From Thermodesulfobacteriota bacterium (GTDB taxonomy: Bacteria; Desulfobacterota; Desulfobulbia; Desulfobulbales; SURF-16), in the NCBI GenBank assembly GCA_039715015.1, contig JBDLIE010000003.1, forward strand, positions 1 through 64,000: DNA of 64,000 nucleotides, read 5' to 3'. The position numbers and the translations under genes were made by a program. This document shows, one piece after another, positions 39,001-48,515 of this stretch. Every line of letters begins with the position of its first letter. The first letter of the stretch is position 1. Under the pieces are notes generated by a model. The model made no database searches and was not told the DNA's origin. It saw only the letters and a list, made by a program, of their open reading frames with translations.

Positions 39001-40295
39001 ACCAAGAGCTCGTTATTATAGAAAAGCTGGTGGTGGGTGGTAAGGGTTTGGCCCGTCTCGCTAATGGCTTGGTTGTGCTGGTGCCCTTTGTCATTCCTGG
39101 TGAAAAGGTCCGTGTTCGCCTTGGCGAAAAGAAAAAATCTTTTCAACACGGTTTAGTGGAAGAGGTGGTTGAACCATCTCCTGATCGGGTTACTCCTCCC
39201 TGTCCCTATTTTGGCCGCTGTGGCGGTTGTCAATTACAGCATATTGATCAAAAACGTCAGGATGTCCTGAAAAAGGATATCTTTTGTGACGGATTTAGGC
39301 GAGCTGGACTCCATTTTAACGAAGAGGCCATCCACTACCTCTCTTCACCTCGGAGACTTGGTTATCGTCAGCGTATTCGTCTCCATGTTCAGGATGGAGA
39401 GTTAGGGTTCTTTCAGCAAGGCAGTCATCGCCTGCTTGAGATTGATGAATGTTTACTGGCACGGCCTGAGATAAATGCCCTGCTGCAGGAACTTGACCGT
39501 GCCGACCCATGGTTGCAGGTTGCAGATCAGGTGGCAGAGGTAGAGGTTCATGCCAATCCTGATGATCTCTCCTGTCTCTTGATTATCAATATGAAGCGCA
39601 AACCTCGGCCTCGAGATCTCGCCTCCTTAAAGGAACTCGTAACAACCTTGCCGGGTCTTTCCTCTCTTCTTGTAAAGAGTGTTGATGGGACTACTTATAC
39701 TTCTTTCCCTGAACGTATGGGTAAGATCCGCTATCATTTAGGTGCTTGTTGCCGAGATATTGAGATAGGCTTGGAGCCAGGAGGTTTTTGTCAGGTCAAC
39801 GAGGAGCAGAACCAGCAGATGGTGGACCAGGTCTTGGCTTGGCTACAGGATGAACCCAAGGGGAGACTGCTTGATCTCTTTTGCGGCGTAGGGAATTTCT
39901 CCCTTCCCTTGACTGACTTAGGATTTGCTGTGACCGGCATTGATCAGCAGCGTTCAGCCATCCGCTCTGCTGAAAAAAACGGTAAGAAGAATAATCTCAA
40001 CTGTGATTTTAGACGTGCTGCTGCCCAAGATGGTCTTGAGAAGATTGTTAATGAAGGAGAAATGTTTGACTATGTACTCCTTGATCCTCCCCGGGCCGGA
40101 TTCAAAGAGGGCAGTGCACTGTTGGCTAAGCTCCATGCCTCTCAGATCATCTACGTCTCTTGTGATCAGGCTACTTTATTTCGTGACCTTAAAGCAATAT
40201 GTGCCGGTGGTTATAAAATATCAGCGATAACCCTAGTTGATCAATTCTGTCAGAGTCACCATCTTGAATCCATGGTGCTGCTCACTCCAGCCTAA
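38997..40295 (+). CDS. rlmD: 23S rRNA m5U methyltransferase (TRAM domain, 4Fe-4S)
   Basis: TRAM domain, CPYFGRCGGCQLQH, F.QVN, DLFCGVG, DPPRAG, YVSC, HLES. GTG start overlaps the coaD stop (GTGA). Confidence 0.88.
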   Translation: MNQELVIIEKLVVGGKGLARLANGLVVLVPFVIPGEKVRVRLGEKKKSFQHGLVEEVVEPSPDRVTPPCPYFGRCGGCQLQHIDQKRQDVLKKDIFCDGFRRAGLHFNEEAIHYLSSPRRLGYRQRIRLHVQDGELGFFQQGSHRLLEIDECLLARPEINALLQELDRADPWLQVADQVAEVEVHANPDDLSCLLIINMKRKPRPRDLASLKELVTTLPGLSSLLVKSVDGTTYTSFPERMGKIRYHLGACCRDIEIGLEPGGFCQVNEEQNQQMVDQVLAWLQDEPKGRLLDLFCGVGNFSLPLTDLGFAVTGIDQQRSAIRSAEKNGKKNNLNCDFRRAAAQDGLEKIVNEGEMFDYVLLDPPRAGFKEGSALLAKLHASQIIYVSCDQATLFRDLKAICAGGYKISAITLVDQFCQSHHLESMVLLTPA

Positions 40296-40296
40296 T

Positions 40297-41481
40297 TCAT
40301 TTCTTTTGGCTTACTTCCTGAGCCAATCTATCCAAAACCATTTCTCGATTATTTTTGGGCTGATTAAGGATAATAACTACAGCTGGATCTTGTGGATCTT
40401 GACCAAGATAGCCGGCATAGGAATAGACTCCGGTCATGGTTCCTGATTTAAGAAGCCATTCTTTATGGTGAGGCAGAAGATGCTTATAGGGCCTGAAGTC
40501 TTGCAGGAAAGAGAGCATAGCTGAGGCAGTAATCTGGTTGCCCCGATTAAGGCCGGCACCGTCAATGATGGTGATATCTTTATTTTTAATACCTTTTCTT
40601 TGGGCAAAAGAACTCAAAGAGCGCCGAGCCTTGTCCCAGGTGACAGGGGGACCGAATTTTTTACGCCCCATAGCTAGAAAAAACTGGTTTGCCATGAAAT
40701 TGTTGGAGTAGAGGAGCATGGCTGGGAGAAGTTCCAGGACCGGCTTCGAATAATGTATATAAAAAAGCCCGGCGTGCTGTGGGGTTTTCCGGACTGCATA
40801 TTGTCCAAGCATCTTAATGCCGTTTTGGGCGAAAATTTCCTTGAAGGTTTCTGCAGCCAGTCGTTGAGTCTGGCCACTTTCCAGGCTGACATTGATCCTG
40901 TGGAGGCCAGGTCCAAGGCCCTGTCCCAGCTCAATCATAAGAGGGATGGTGGGAGTTTGCTCTTCACCGGAGAGGATTCGCCCATCTGGCAAGATCTCGA
41001 TATTGATGGTGTTGAAATTAACGCCAAGGGCTGAAAGTGGCGTGTCGTAAGGGTTGTTTGTCGTGCTCTCAGAAATGGTTTTTTCTTCCAGTTCATAAAG
41101 GCTGTCATCAATATAGAGATGGCGGATCTCACGCAGGCCGCTTTTCTTAAGGGACTTGGCAATGTGGATGATCTCTTCTGAAATGAGCAGTGGATCGCCT
41201 TCACCTTTAATCCACAAATCAATTCCCGGAGTAACATAGAAATAGGTCGGAAAACGGTAGTTCTCACCCAGGGTTTCCAGGCTCGCCAATGACGTAATGA
41301 TCTTAAAAATTGAAGCAGGGATGTAGAGTTGGTGGGGGCGCAATTGACTGACTATCTGTCCCGTATGGTAAGCGCTTATATAGGAACCACCCTCAATAGG
41401 GGGGAATGGCGTATCCTCTTGAGCATAGAGAGCGGAGAAGGACAGGTTGAGGAAGAGAAAGATAAAAATGAGTATTTTCAT
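40297..41481 (-). CDS. dacB: D-Ala-D-Ala carboxypeptidase/endopeptidase, PBP4 (peptidase S13)
   Basis: Signal peptide, SxxK in PASIFK, GEGDP, SxN in YSNN, DGAGL, KSG. Confidence 0.88.
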   Translation of the reverse strand: MKILIFIFLFLNLSFSALYAQEDTPFPPIEGGSYISAYHTGQIVSQLRPHQLYIPASIFKIITSLASLETLGENYRFPTYFYVTPGIDLWIKGEGDPLLISEEIIHIAKSLKKSGLREIRHLYIDDSLYELEEKTISESTTNNPYDTPLSALGVNFNTINIEILPDGRILSGEEQTPTIPLMIELGQGLGPGLHRINVSLESGQTQRLAAETFKEIFAQNGIKMLGQYAVRKTPQHAGLFYIHYSKPVLELLPAMLLYSNNFMANQFFLAMGRKKFGPPVTWDKARRSLSSFAQRKGIKNKDITIIDGAGLNRGNQITASAMLSFLQDFRPYKHLLPHHKEWLLKSGTMTGVYSYAGYLGQDPQDPAVVIILNQPKNNREMVLDRLAQEVSQKK

Positions 41482-41491
41482 CACAATAGAT

Positions 41492-41533
41492 AAAAATAGG
41501 AGTGCCGTCTCCTAGACAACACCCCTATTTTTT
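41492..41533 (-). terminator. Intrinsic terminator of trpB2
   Basis: Minus-strand ATAGGGGTGTTGTCT-AGG-AGACGGCACTCCTAT-TTTT. The G-U pairs only work on this strand. Confidence 0.7.
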
Positions 41534-41561
41534 TATAATAAAAAGAGACGGTTATATAGTA

Positions 41562-42902
41562 TTAAACCCTGGGGAGATTCTTGGTTGCCTTAGCAATATC
41601 TTCTTCTGGGTAGTCATAATTATGGAGATCACCAGAGTAAAATTTATCATAACTGGAGAGATCCAACATACCATGACCTGAAAAATTAAAGAGGATTGTT
41701 TTAGGGTCATTAAGGTCCTGGGTAGCCTCAATAATGGCGGCCCTGATGGCGTGACAGGTCTCAGGGGCAGGGATAATTCCTTCAGTTTGAGCAAAGAGGC
41801 GTCCCGCTTCAAAACATTCTAACTGGTGAACGGAAACAGGCTCAATCATTTTCTCGCGGACCATGGCCGAAAGAATCGGTGACATGCCATGATAGCGTAA
41901 ACCGCCGGCATGGATGCCGGGTGGTATAAAATCATGGCCCAAGGTGTACATGTAGAGCAGGGGGGTCTGCTTGGCAACATCACCAAAGTCATAGGCATAG
42001 GTACCTCTGGTCAGGCTGGGACAAGAGGCGGGTTCAACGCCGACAAAGCGGATTTTCTTGCCCTCAAGTTGGTCGGTGACAAAGGGGGACATAATACCCG
42101 CAGCATTGGAGCCCCCACCACAGCAGCCAATAACCACATCCGGGTACTCACCTATCTTTTCAAGCTGTTTTTTTGCCTCTAGACCAATGATTGACTGATG
42201 CAGGATGACATGGTTAAGAACAGAACCGAGGCCATACTTGGTGTCTTCCCTTGACATGGCATCTTCGATGGCCTCACTGATGGCAATACCCAAAGAACCT
42301 GCCGTGTCTGGATGGTCTTTTTGAATCTGCCGGCCGATTTTTGTGTCGTTACTGGGGCTGGCGACAATTTCTGCCCCGTAGGTATTCATCATGGATTTAC
42401 GGTATGGTTTCTGGTCAAAAGAGACACGAACCATGTACACCTTACATTCCAGCCCGAACTTATGAGTGGCAAAGGAGAGGGCTGAACCCCACTGGCCGGC
42501 ACCGGTCTCAGTGGACATTCTTTTCACGCCTTCTCTTTTATTATAATAGGCCTGGGCTACAGCACTGTTGGTTTTATGGCTGCCTGAAGGAGAAACACCT
42601 TCATATTTGAAATAGATTTTTGCCTTTGTACCTAACGCCTTTTCAAGATTGTCGGCACGAATCAAGGGGGCCGGGCGCCAAATATGAAGTACTTCCTGTA
42701 CTTCTTCAGGAATATCAATCCAGCGCTGATCGCTCATCTCTTGCTCAAGAAGACCCATGGGGAAAATTTCGGCAAGTTTTTCAGGCCCCATGGGCTCTTT
42801 GCTATGTGGATCAAGTGGAGGAGCAATGCCGTTAGGGATATCAGGGATCACATTATACCATTGGGTAGGCATCTCACTTTCTTCTAGAAGAATTTTCTTC
42901 AT
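41562..42902 (-). CDS. trpB2: TrpB2-type tryptophan synthase beta chain (stand-alone)
   Basis: [14 protein letters not shown] (PLP Lys), [31 protein letters not shown]. 446 aa, with no trpA nearby. Confidence 0.9.
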   Translation of the reverse strand: MKKILLEESEMPTQWYNVIPDIPNGIAPPLDPHSKEPMGPEKLAEIFPMGLLEQEMSDQRWIDIPEEVQEVLHIWRPAPLIRADNLEKALGTKAKIYFKYEGVSPSGSHKTNSAVAQAYYNKREGVKRMSTETGAGQWGSALSFATHKFGLECKVYMVRVSFDQKPYRKSMMNTYGAEIVASPSNDTKIGRQIQKDHPDTAGSLGIAISEAIEDAMSREDTKYGLGSVLNHVILHQSIIGLEAKKQLEKIGEYPDVVIGCCGGGSNAAGIMSPFVTDQLEGKKIRFVGVEPASCPSLTRGTYAYDFGDVAKQTPLLYMYTLGHDFIPPGIHAGGLRYHGMSPILSAMVREKMIEPVSVHQLECFEAGRLFAQTEGIIPAPETCHAIRAAIIEATQDLNDPKTILFNFSGHGMLDLSSYDKFYSGDLHNYDYPEEDIAKATKNLPRV

Positions 42903-43062
42903 GGTTTTCTCCGATGATAATAAATCAAATGAACGAGCAAAATTTATAGGAACAAGGGCTAACTGGAAACTAGGTAAATTTACCCGGGAATATTTCCTCT
43001 GTCAAAGCTAATAGCAGATAGTTATGGACAATTTTGGCCTTTGTGAGCAAAGTATTCCCGCG

Positions 43063-43091
43063 TTGACAAAGGAGGCGTGCTGTTTTATGTT
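43063..43091 (+). promoter_or_regulatory. sigma70 promoter for the gmhA operon
   Basis: TTGACA(43063)-N17-TATGTT(43086). Confidence 0.6.
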
Positions 43092-43143
43092 GAACGGTTC
43101 GCAAAATAAGCCGTTTATCTCCAGGTCCCAGGGCAAAAAATAT

Positions 43144-43722
43144 ATGCAGACAATTATAAAAGATAGCCTCGCCGGCTCTTTGGCCGCTCAGGAAAATTTT
43201 GTAGCACAAAGCAGTGATGCTCTTGAAACTGCTGTAGAATTGGTAATTAAATGTTTTGACACGGGCGGTAAACTTCTCCTCTTTGGTAATGGTGGCAGTG
43301 CCGCTGATGCCCAGCATCTTGCTGCGGAATTTGTTAATCGCTTTCTCATAAACAGGAGACCGTTGCCGGCTCTGGCTCTTACCACCGACACCTCCATCCT
43401 TACCAGTGTTGGTAATGATTTTTCTTACGATGATATCTTTGCCAAGCAGATTTCCGCCCTGGGCAAAAAAGAGGATATTGCCTTTGGAATCTCCACCAGC
43501 GGCAATTCAGCAAATGTTATTGCCGCCTTTGTAGAGGCCAAAAAGATTGGCATGAAAACAGTGGCCTTGACTGGCTGTAATGGTGGCAAGATAAAAGGAA
43601 ATGTCGATTTGCTGCTAAACGTGCCCGCTGACCATACCCCCCACATCCAGGAGACCCATCTCTGGATAGAACATATAATCTGCCAGCTGGTGGATGAAAA
43701 AATGTTTGGAAGTTTGGCATGA
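43144..43722 (+). CDS. gmhA: D-sedoheptulose 7-phosphate isomerase
   Basis: GNGGSAADAQHLAAE, LTTDTS, GND, ISTSGNSANV, TPHIQE.H...H. Start corrected to ATG 43144. Confidence 0.95.
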   Translation: MQTIIKDSLAGSLAAQENFVAQSSDALETAVELVIKCFDTGGKLLLFGNGGSAADAQHLAAEFVNRFLINRRPLPALALTTDTSILTSVGNDFSYDDIFAKQISALGKKEDIAFGISTSGNSANVIAAFVEAKKIGMKTVALTGCNGGKIKGNVDLLLNVPADHTPHIQETHLWIEHIICQLVDEKMFGSLA

Positions 43723-44669
43723 CCTATCCCACCCCCCTTAATTTTGACGAGCTGAACACCTATTCTGTCCATGACCGCTTCAGTAAGGTCACTGTGGATA
43801 ATTTTGCTAAGCCCCTTGCTCCTGGCGCCAGTCTGGCCGATTTTATCAACAATCTTCCTCAGCAATTTGCCGGAGTGGATTTCCCTGAACTTGTCAAGGC
43901 TCTTGCCCTTTGTAGTAAGAATAAGAAACAGATCATCTGTGGAATGGGTGCCCATGTTATTAAGGTGGGCCTTAACCCCATTATCATCAACCTCATGGAA
44001 AAAGGGGTAATTACGGCCATTGCCCTAAACGGGGCTGGCATTGTCCACGATGCTGAAATAGCCATGGTTGGCCGTACCTCTGAGGATGTCGGCCAAGTGC
44101 TCGGAGCAGGTGAGTTTGGGGCAGCCAAGGAAACCGGCGAGGTTGTCAATGATGCTATTTGCCAAGGGGCCGAAAACAATCTAGGCCTAGGGGAGGCCAT
44201 GGGCCAATATCTGGTTGAAAAAGAGTTTCCCTTTAACCAGATGAGCTTGCTAGCCTCGGCCTATCGTCTGGGAGTGCCGGTAACTGTTCATGTGGCCTTG
44301 GGTACTGATATTGTTCACATCCACCCCTCTGCCTCTGGTCCTGATATTGGCCAGACAAGTCATCAGGATTTTAAAATCTTTTGTCGTCTGGTCTCTGAAT
44401 TGGAAGAGGGTGCATACCTTAATATTGGCTCAGCGGTATTGTTGCCTGAGGTTTTTTTGAAGGCTCTCACCGTGACCAGAAACCTAGGTTATAAGGTAAA
44501 TTCCTTTACCACGGCAAATTTTGACTTTATTCGTCATTACCGCACCATGACCAATGTTGTAAATCGTCCAACGGCAAGCGGAGGAAAAGGTTATAATTTT
44601 ATCGGCCATCATGAACTGATGATTCCTCTTTTGGCTGCCGCACTCCTTGATAGTCTTGCCAACAAATAA
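43719..44669 (+). CDS. Conserved hypothetical protein, deoxyhypusine-synthase-like fold
   Basis: GMGAHVIKVGL, NGAGIVHDAE, PVTVHVALGTD, NIGSAVLLPEVFLK, GHHELMIPLL resemble the DHS secondary-structure pattern. ATGA overlap with gmhA. Confidence 0.7.
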   Translation: MTYPTPLNFDELNTYSVHDRFSKVTVDNFAKPLAPGASLADFINNLPQQFAGVDFPELVKALALCSKNKKQIICGMGAHVIKVGLNPIIINLMEKGVITAIALNGAGIVHDAEIAMVGRTSEDVGQVLGAGEFGAAKETGEVVNDAICQGAENNLGLGEAMGQYLVEKEFPFNQMSLLASAYRLGVPVTVHVALGTDIVHIHPSASGPDIGQTSHQDFKIFCRLVSELEEGAYLNIGSAVLLPEVFLKALTVTRNLGYKVNSFTTANFDFIRHYRTMTNVVNRPTASGGKGYNFIGHHELMIPLLAAALLDSLANK

Positions 44670-44732
44670 ATTTCTTAATGATAAGAAAAACTTACACTTC
44701 TTTTACTAATTAATTTTACTTTACATATAACC

Positions 44733-46283
44733 GTGACAACTAAAGCAGAAAAAAAAGGAAAGGCATATCTCATTGGGGCAGGTCCAGGAGATCCGGGCCT
44801 CATTACCGTTCGTGGTCGTGAGATTTTGAAAAAGGCTGAGGTCATTATCTATGACTATCTGGCAGGTAAAAAACTTCTTGAATACGTTCCAAAGGATGCA
44901 GAGTTTATCTATGCTGGCAAGAAGGGAGGGGTTAAACACACCCACACCCAGGAAGAAATCAATCAGATGCTGGTTGACCGAGTCCGCGCCGGAAAGCTTG
45001 TTGTCCGTCTGAAGGGTGGAGATCCTTTTATTTTTGGTCGTGGTGGTGAAGAGCTTGAAGAGCTGGTCAAGGCAGGGCTAGAGTTTGAAGCCGTACCTGG
45101 AGTAACTTCTGCCTCTGCCGCAGCCACCTTTGCCGGTGTGCCCATAACCCATAGACAATATACTTCCTCAGTGGCTTTTATAACCGGTCATGAGGACCCG
45201 AATCGTACCGAGAGCCGAGTAGCGTGGGACAAGATTTCCACGGGCGTTGGTACTTTGGTGTTTTATATGGGGATTAAGAACCTCCCTTCCATCACCGCCA
45301 ATCTTATTAAGAATGGCCGCGACCCGCAAACTCCTGTGGCTATAGTACGCTGGGCATCTATGCCGTATCAGCAATCTGTTGTTGGCACCCTGGAAAACAT
45401 TGCAGACCTTGTTAAGGAAAAAGGGATTAAGCCGCCGGCCTTAACCATCGTTGGTGATGTGGTTCGATACCGTGAATCATTAAACTGGTATGAGGTCCGC
45501 CCTCTTTTTGGTAAAAGAATTGTTGTGACCAGAACTAGAGAGCAGGCAAGTGAGCTTGTTTCCCTCCTTGAGGAAAACGGTGCCTTCTGTCTTGAGCATG
45601 CCACCATTTCCATTGAGCCGCCAGACTCATGGCAGGAAGCTGATGCGGCCATAGATAATCTGAAAGAGTATGACTGGGTTGTTTTCACCTCTATAAATGC
45701 CATCCACTCTTTTTTCCGGCGTCTGCAGGAGAAAGGATTCGATTCACGACAGATGCATGGTTGCCGTATTGCTGCTGTTGGCAGGGTGACAGCTGATTGC
45801 CTTTTGGACTATGGTCTTCAGGCTGACCTTCTACCTGAAAAATTTACAGGTGAAGGTCTCGTCCATGCCTTAGTTGAAGCAGGTGTTAACGAACAGAAGG
45901 TTCTCATCCCACGTGCCCTTGAGGCTCGAAAGGTCCTTGAGGATGGCCTTACTAAGGCAGGGGCACAGGTGTCTATTGCTCCTGTCTATCAGAACCTGCC
46001 TCCAGTTGCAGAGGGGCGGAAATTACGTGAAGAAATAGAGGCAGGTGAGATCGACATGGTGACCTTTACCAGTTCATCCACAGTCCATAATTTCGTCGCC
46101 ATGCTGGCCTGTAAAGATAATGTTGAACTGTCGAAGCTTCTAGACAAAGTTCTCGTTGCCGCGATTGGCCCCATTACCGCTAAAACAGTAGAAGAGTATG
46201 GCCTTGTCGTCAATGTTCAGCCAGGAACATATACTATCCCCGCAATGGTCGATGCCATTGTGAGTCATGCAACAGGCGCCTAG
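44733..46283 (+). CDS. cobA: Uroporphyrinogen-III C-methyltransferase / uroporphyrinogen-III synthase fusion (CobA-HemD)
   Basis: GAGPGDPGLIT, RLKGGDPFIFGRGGEE, IT.R, GHEDP. HemD half: PLFGKRIVVTR, FTSINA, FTSSSTV, IGPIT. Confidence 0.94.
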   Translation: MTTKAEKKGKAYLIGAGPGDPGLITVRGREILKKAEVIIYDYLAGKKLLEYVPKDAEFIYAGKKGGVKHTHTQEEINQMLVDRVRAGKLVVRLKGGDPFIFGRGGEELEELVKAGLEFEAVPGVTSASAAATFAGVPITHRQYTSSVAFITGHEDPNRTESRVAWDKISTGVGTLVFYMGIKNLPSITANLIKNGRDPQTPVAIVRWASMPYQQSVVGTLENIADLVKEKGIKPPALTIVGDVVRYRESLNWYEVRPLFGKRIVVTRTREQASELVSLLEENGAFCLEHATISIEPPDSWQEADAAIDNLKEYDWVVFTSINAIHSFFRRLQEKGFDSRQMHGCRIAAVGRVTADCLLDYGLQADLLPEKFTGEGLVHALVEAGVNEQKVLIPRALEARKVLEDGLTKAGAQVSIAPVYQNLPPVAEGRKLREEIEAGEIDMVTFTSSSTVHNFVAMLACKDNVELSKLLDKVLVAAIGPITAKTVEEYGLVVNVQPGTYTIPAMVDAIVSHATGA

Positions 46284-46296
46284 CAGGCACGATTCC

Positions 46297-46346
46297 ATCA
46301 CAAAAAAAAGGCCCTGCTTTTAAAAGCAGGGCCTTTTTTTTGTGAT
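46297..46346. terminator. Bidirectional terminator (perfect 50-bp palindrome) between convergent cobA and the OmpA-family gene
   Basis: ATCACAAAAAAAAGGCCCTGCTTTT|AAAAGCAGGGCCTTTTTTTTGTGAT. Confidence 0.88.
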
Positions 46347-46368
46347 TTATCAGTTTTAAACTGAACCT

Positions 46369-48318
46369 TTATAAAAAGGAATCATCCTCCCCAAGTTTAA
46401 CCTTCTCAGGACTCACCGTGTCGTCCTTTTCTTCTTGGGAAGGTGCAGGGGCGACCTCTTCTGTCTCCTCAACTTGTGCAGGAATACCTTTGTCATCAAA
46501 GGCACTTTCCCCAGGAGAAACAACGACAACATCATCTGAGGGAGCTTTTTGAGGAGCAGCTTCTTTCGGAGGCTCAACTAGAGCAGGCTCTTTCTCAGCA
46601 GTAACAGGGGCTGCTGTGTCTTCAGCAGGTTGTTTTTTAAGATCAAAAGCCTCGTCTGCAGCACTTTCCCCAGATTCTTGAACAGCGGACTTATCCATCG
46701 TATCTTCAACTACTTCTTCTGTGGGTGACACTTCTCCCTCAACAACCTCTTCGCTAGTAGTTTGAGAATCTTCTTCTACTGCCGATTCAACAACAGGAAT
46801 CTCCGTTGGCTCTGCTTCTGTAGGCATTTCTGCTGGTTCTTCTGTTGCCATTGGATCAGCCTCGGAGCTAATAGTTTCTTCCGTGCTTTCAGAAGTCTCC
46901 TCTTCTTGGGGTTCTTCAACGATCTCCTGTTGCATCACCTCGTCAACGACCTGATCGACAGGTGGGAGGATGAAGTCGTCACTGAGAAAATCAGACTTGA
47001 GAAGTTCCTGTTCCACGACCACATAGTCCGTAACAATGGTGGAGATTACAGCCATGACACGACGGTTTTTCATCCGTCCAGCTTCTGTTGAATTGTCGGC
47101 AATAGGCTCACTCTCACCAGCGCCGCGTATTTTGAGACGATCAGGATCGATGGAGAAATTCTTAACAAGGTAATTCTTGATCGTTGCTGCTCTTCGTTTA
47201 GAAAGTTGCAGGTTGTAAGGTGCTGAGCCCAAGTCACAGGTATGGCCTTCAAGCAGGGCCTCGGTTTCAGGATAGAGAAGCATGAAGTCGGCAACCTCTC
47301 GGATCTCTTCTTCATAACCTGTGCGGAGAGATGCCTTGTTGAGATCAAACTCAACATGAAGTTCAATGGTTACAACCTTGTCATGGGGTAATTGCCGTTC
47401 AAGGATGATGATGTCTCCGTCCACTGCAGGTATCTCCTCAACAGCATACTGATCTTCAATAACATCTGCTATGGCAGGCTCTTCGACAATTTCAGTGTCT
47501 GTCAGAACCTGTTCTTCATCCGGAGTTTGATCGGTGGTGGTTTCTGGTTCAGCTACAGCAACAGGCGCAACAGGTTTAACAGGCACACGACGCTTAGCAA
47601 AAAAGATTTTTTCGACGTAGTCGTTGAGTTCTGCGGGGGAGTCAACACCTTCGTATTGGGCCAGGAAACCACAGCCGCCAACTTTGGCGATGCTGCTCAT
47701 GTTCTTGGCGCCTTGGGGATCGTTGCCGATTAATATAGGATAGTAACAAACAGATCCGCGGAACTTCTTTTTCATATAAGCGGATTCATAGATAGCTGAT
47801 TTTGGAATATTAACACCATCACTGATAAGAACAACAGCATGGGAACCGCTCAGCTTGCGTAAATCTTTGGTGGCTGAGATAAAAGCCAAGCCTAATGGAT
47901 CAAAATCACTGATGGCATGAGTCTTAGTTGCAATGATGGGAGTGAATCCTTTGGCATCAGTATGGTATAGGCCAAAAATAGTTGAAAAATCTTTTTCAAA
48001 GCGTTCAGCCTTGGGACCATGAATACGAAGCATCCGCCGGTGGGGAATGTTAGGAATGGTTTTGCCCATATTAGAAATTAAAAACCTGGCAATTTTTTGA
48101 TTTCTAGGCTCACCAACTCCTAAGAATGTCTCTCCTAAGCCGTCCACAATAATCATAAGATTATCGGTTTTTTGGAGGTAAGCGCCTGTTTTTAGGCGGT
48201 TGGTTAGTTCGTTAGAGTCGTAAACAAGGGGGGTAGAGCTGAATGCCGGAGTAATTGAAAAGAAAAAAACCGCGATAACCAGCAATGGGTTCACAATTGT
48301 AAAAAATCGTGATTTCAT
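46369..48318 (-). CDS. Exported protein with a VWA-like domain, an OmpA-C peptidoglycan-binding domain and a long acidic tail
   Basis: Signal peptide, VVLISDG, OmpA-C motifs (FDLNKA, EGHTCDLG..YN..LS.RRA, GESEPIADN...GR.KNRRV), E/P/A-rich C-terminus. ATG 48318 has an AGAGGT RBS. Confidence 0.8.
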   Translation of the reverse strand: MKSRFFTIVNPLLVIAVFFFSITPAFSSTPLVYDSNELTNRLKTGAYLQKTDNLMIIVDGLGETFLGVGEPRNQKIARFLISNMGKTIPNIPHRRMLRIHGPKAERFEKDFSTIFGLYHTDAKGFTPIIATKTHAISDFDPLGLAFISATKDLRKLSGSHAVVLISDGVNIPKSAIYESAYMKKKFRGSVCYYPILIGNDPQGAKNMSSIAKVGGCGFLAQYEGVDSPAELNDYVEKIFFAKRRVPVKPVAPVAVAEPETTTDQTPDEEQVLTDTEIVEEPAIADVIEDQYAVEEIPAVDGDIIILERQLPHDKVVTIELHVEFDLNKASLRTGYEEEIREVADFMLLYPETEALLEGHTCDLGSAPYNLQLSKRRAATIKNYLVKNFSIDPDRLKIRGAGESEPIADNSTEAGRMKNRRVMAVISTIVTDYVVVEQELLKSDFLSDDFILPPVDQVVDEVMQQEIVEEPQEEETSESTEETISSEADPMATEEPAEMPTEAEPTEIPVVESAVEEDSQTTSEEVVEGEVSPTEEVVEDTMDKSAVQESGESAADEAFDLKKQPAEDTAAPVTAEKEPALVEPPKEAAPQKAPSDDVVVVSPGESAFDDKGIPAQVEETEEVAPAPSQEEKDDTVSPEKVKLGEDDSFL

Positions 48319-48515
48319 ACACTTACCTCTTTTCTTGGAAATTGCCATAATCAAGTATTTGTGAAAGGGGGAATCGGATCCATCTACTCACTTACCGATT
48401 TTATCGCCCATATTGTATTATAAATATCTAAAATATCAAAACTTTTATCTTTTGAATTTTCTTGATATTTAGGGTTTTTTAGGCAAATCAAAAAAGGAAA
48501 TAGCGACAGTACCAC

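Noticed and set aside
43024..43143. N-terminal extensions given by the ORF track for gmhA (also tsaD, asd, panD, rlmD, tcdA, DUF39)
   Set aside because: They overlap promoters or upstream genes. Downstream starts match the family N-termini and RBS positions.
46369..46980. Tandem repeat or CRISPR-like array in the low-complexity tail of the OmpA-family gene
   Set aside because: Only compositional bias (Glu/Pro/Ala codons). There is no regularly spaced direct repeat here, and I saw none elsewhere in the window.
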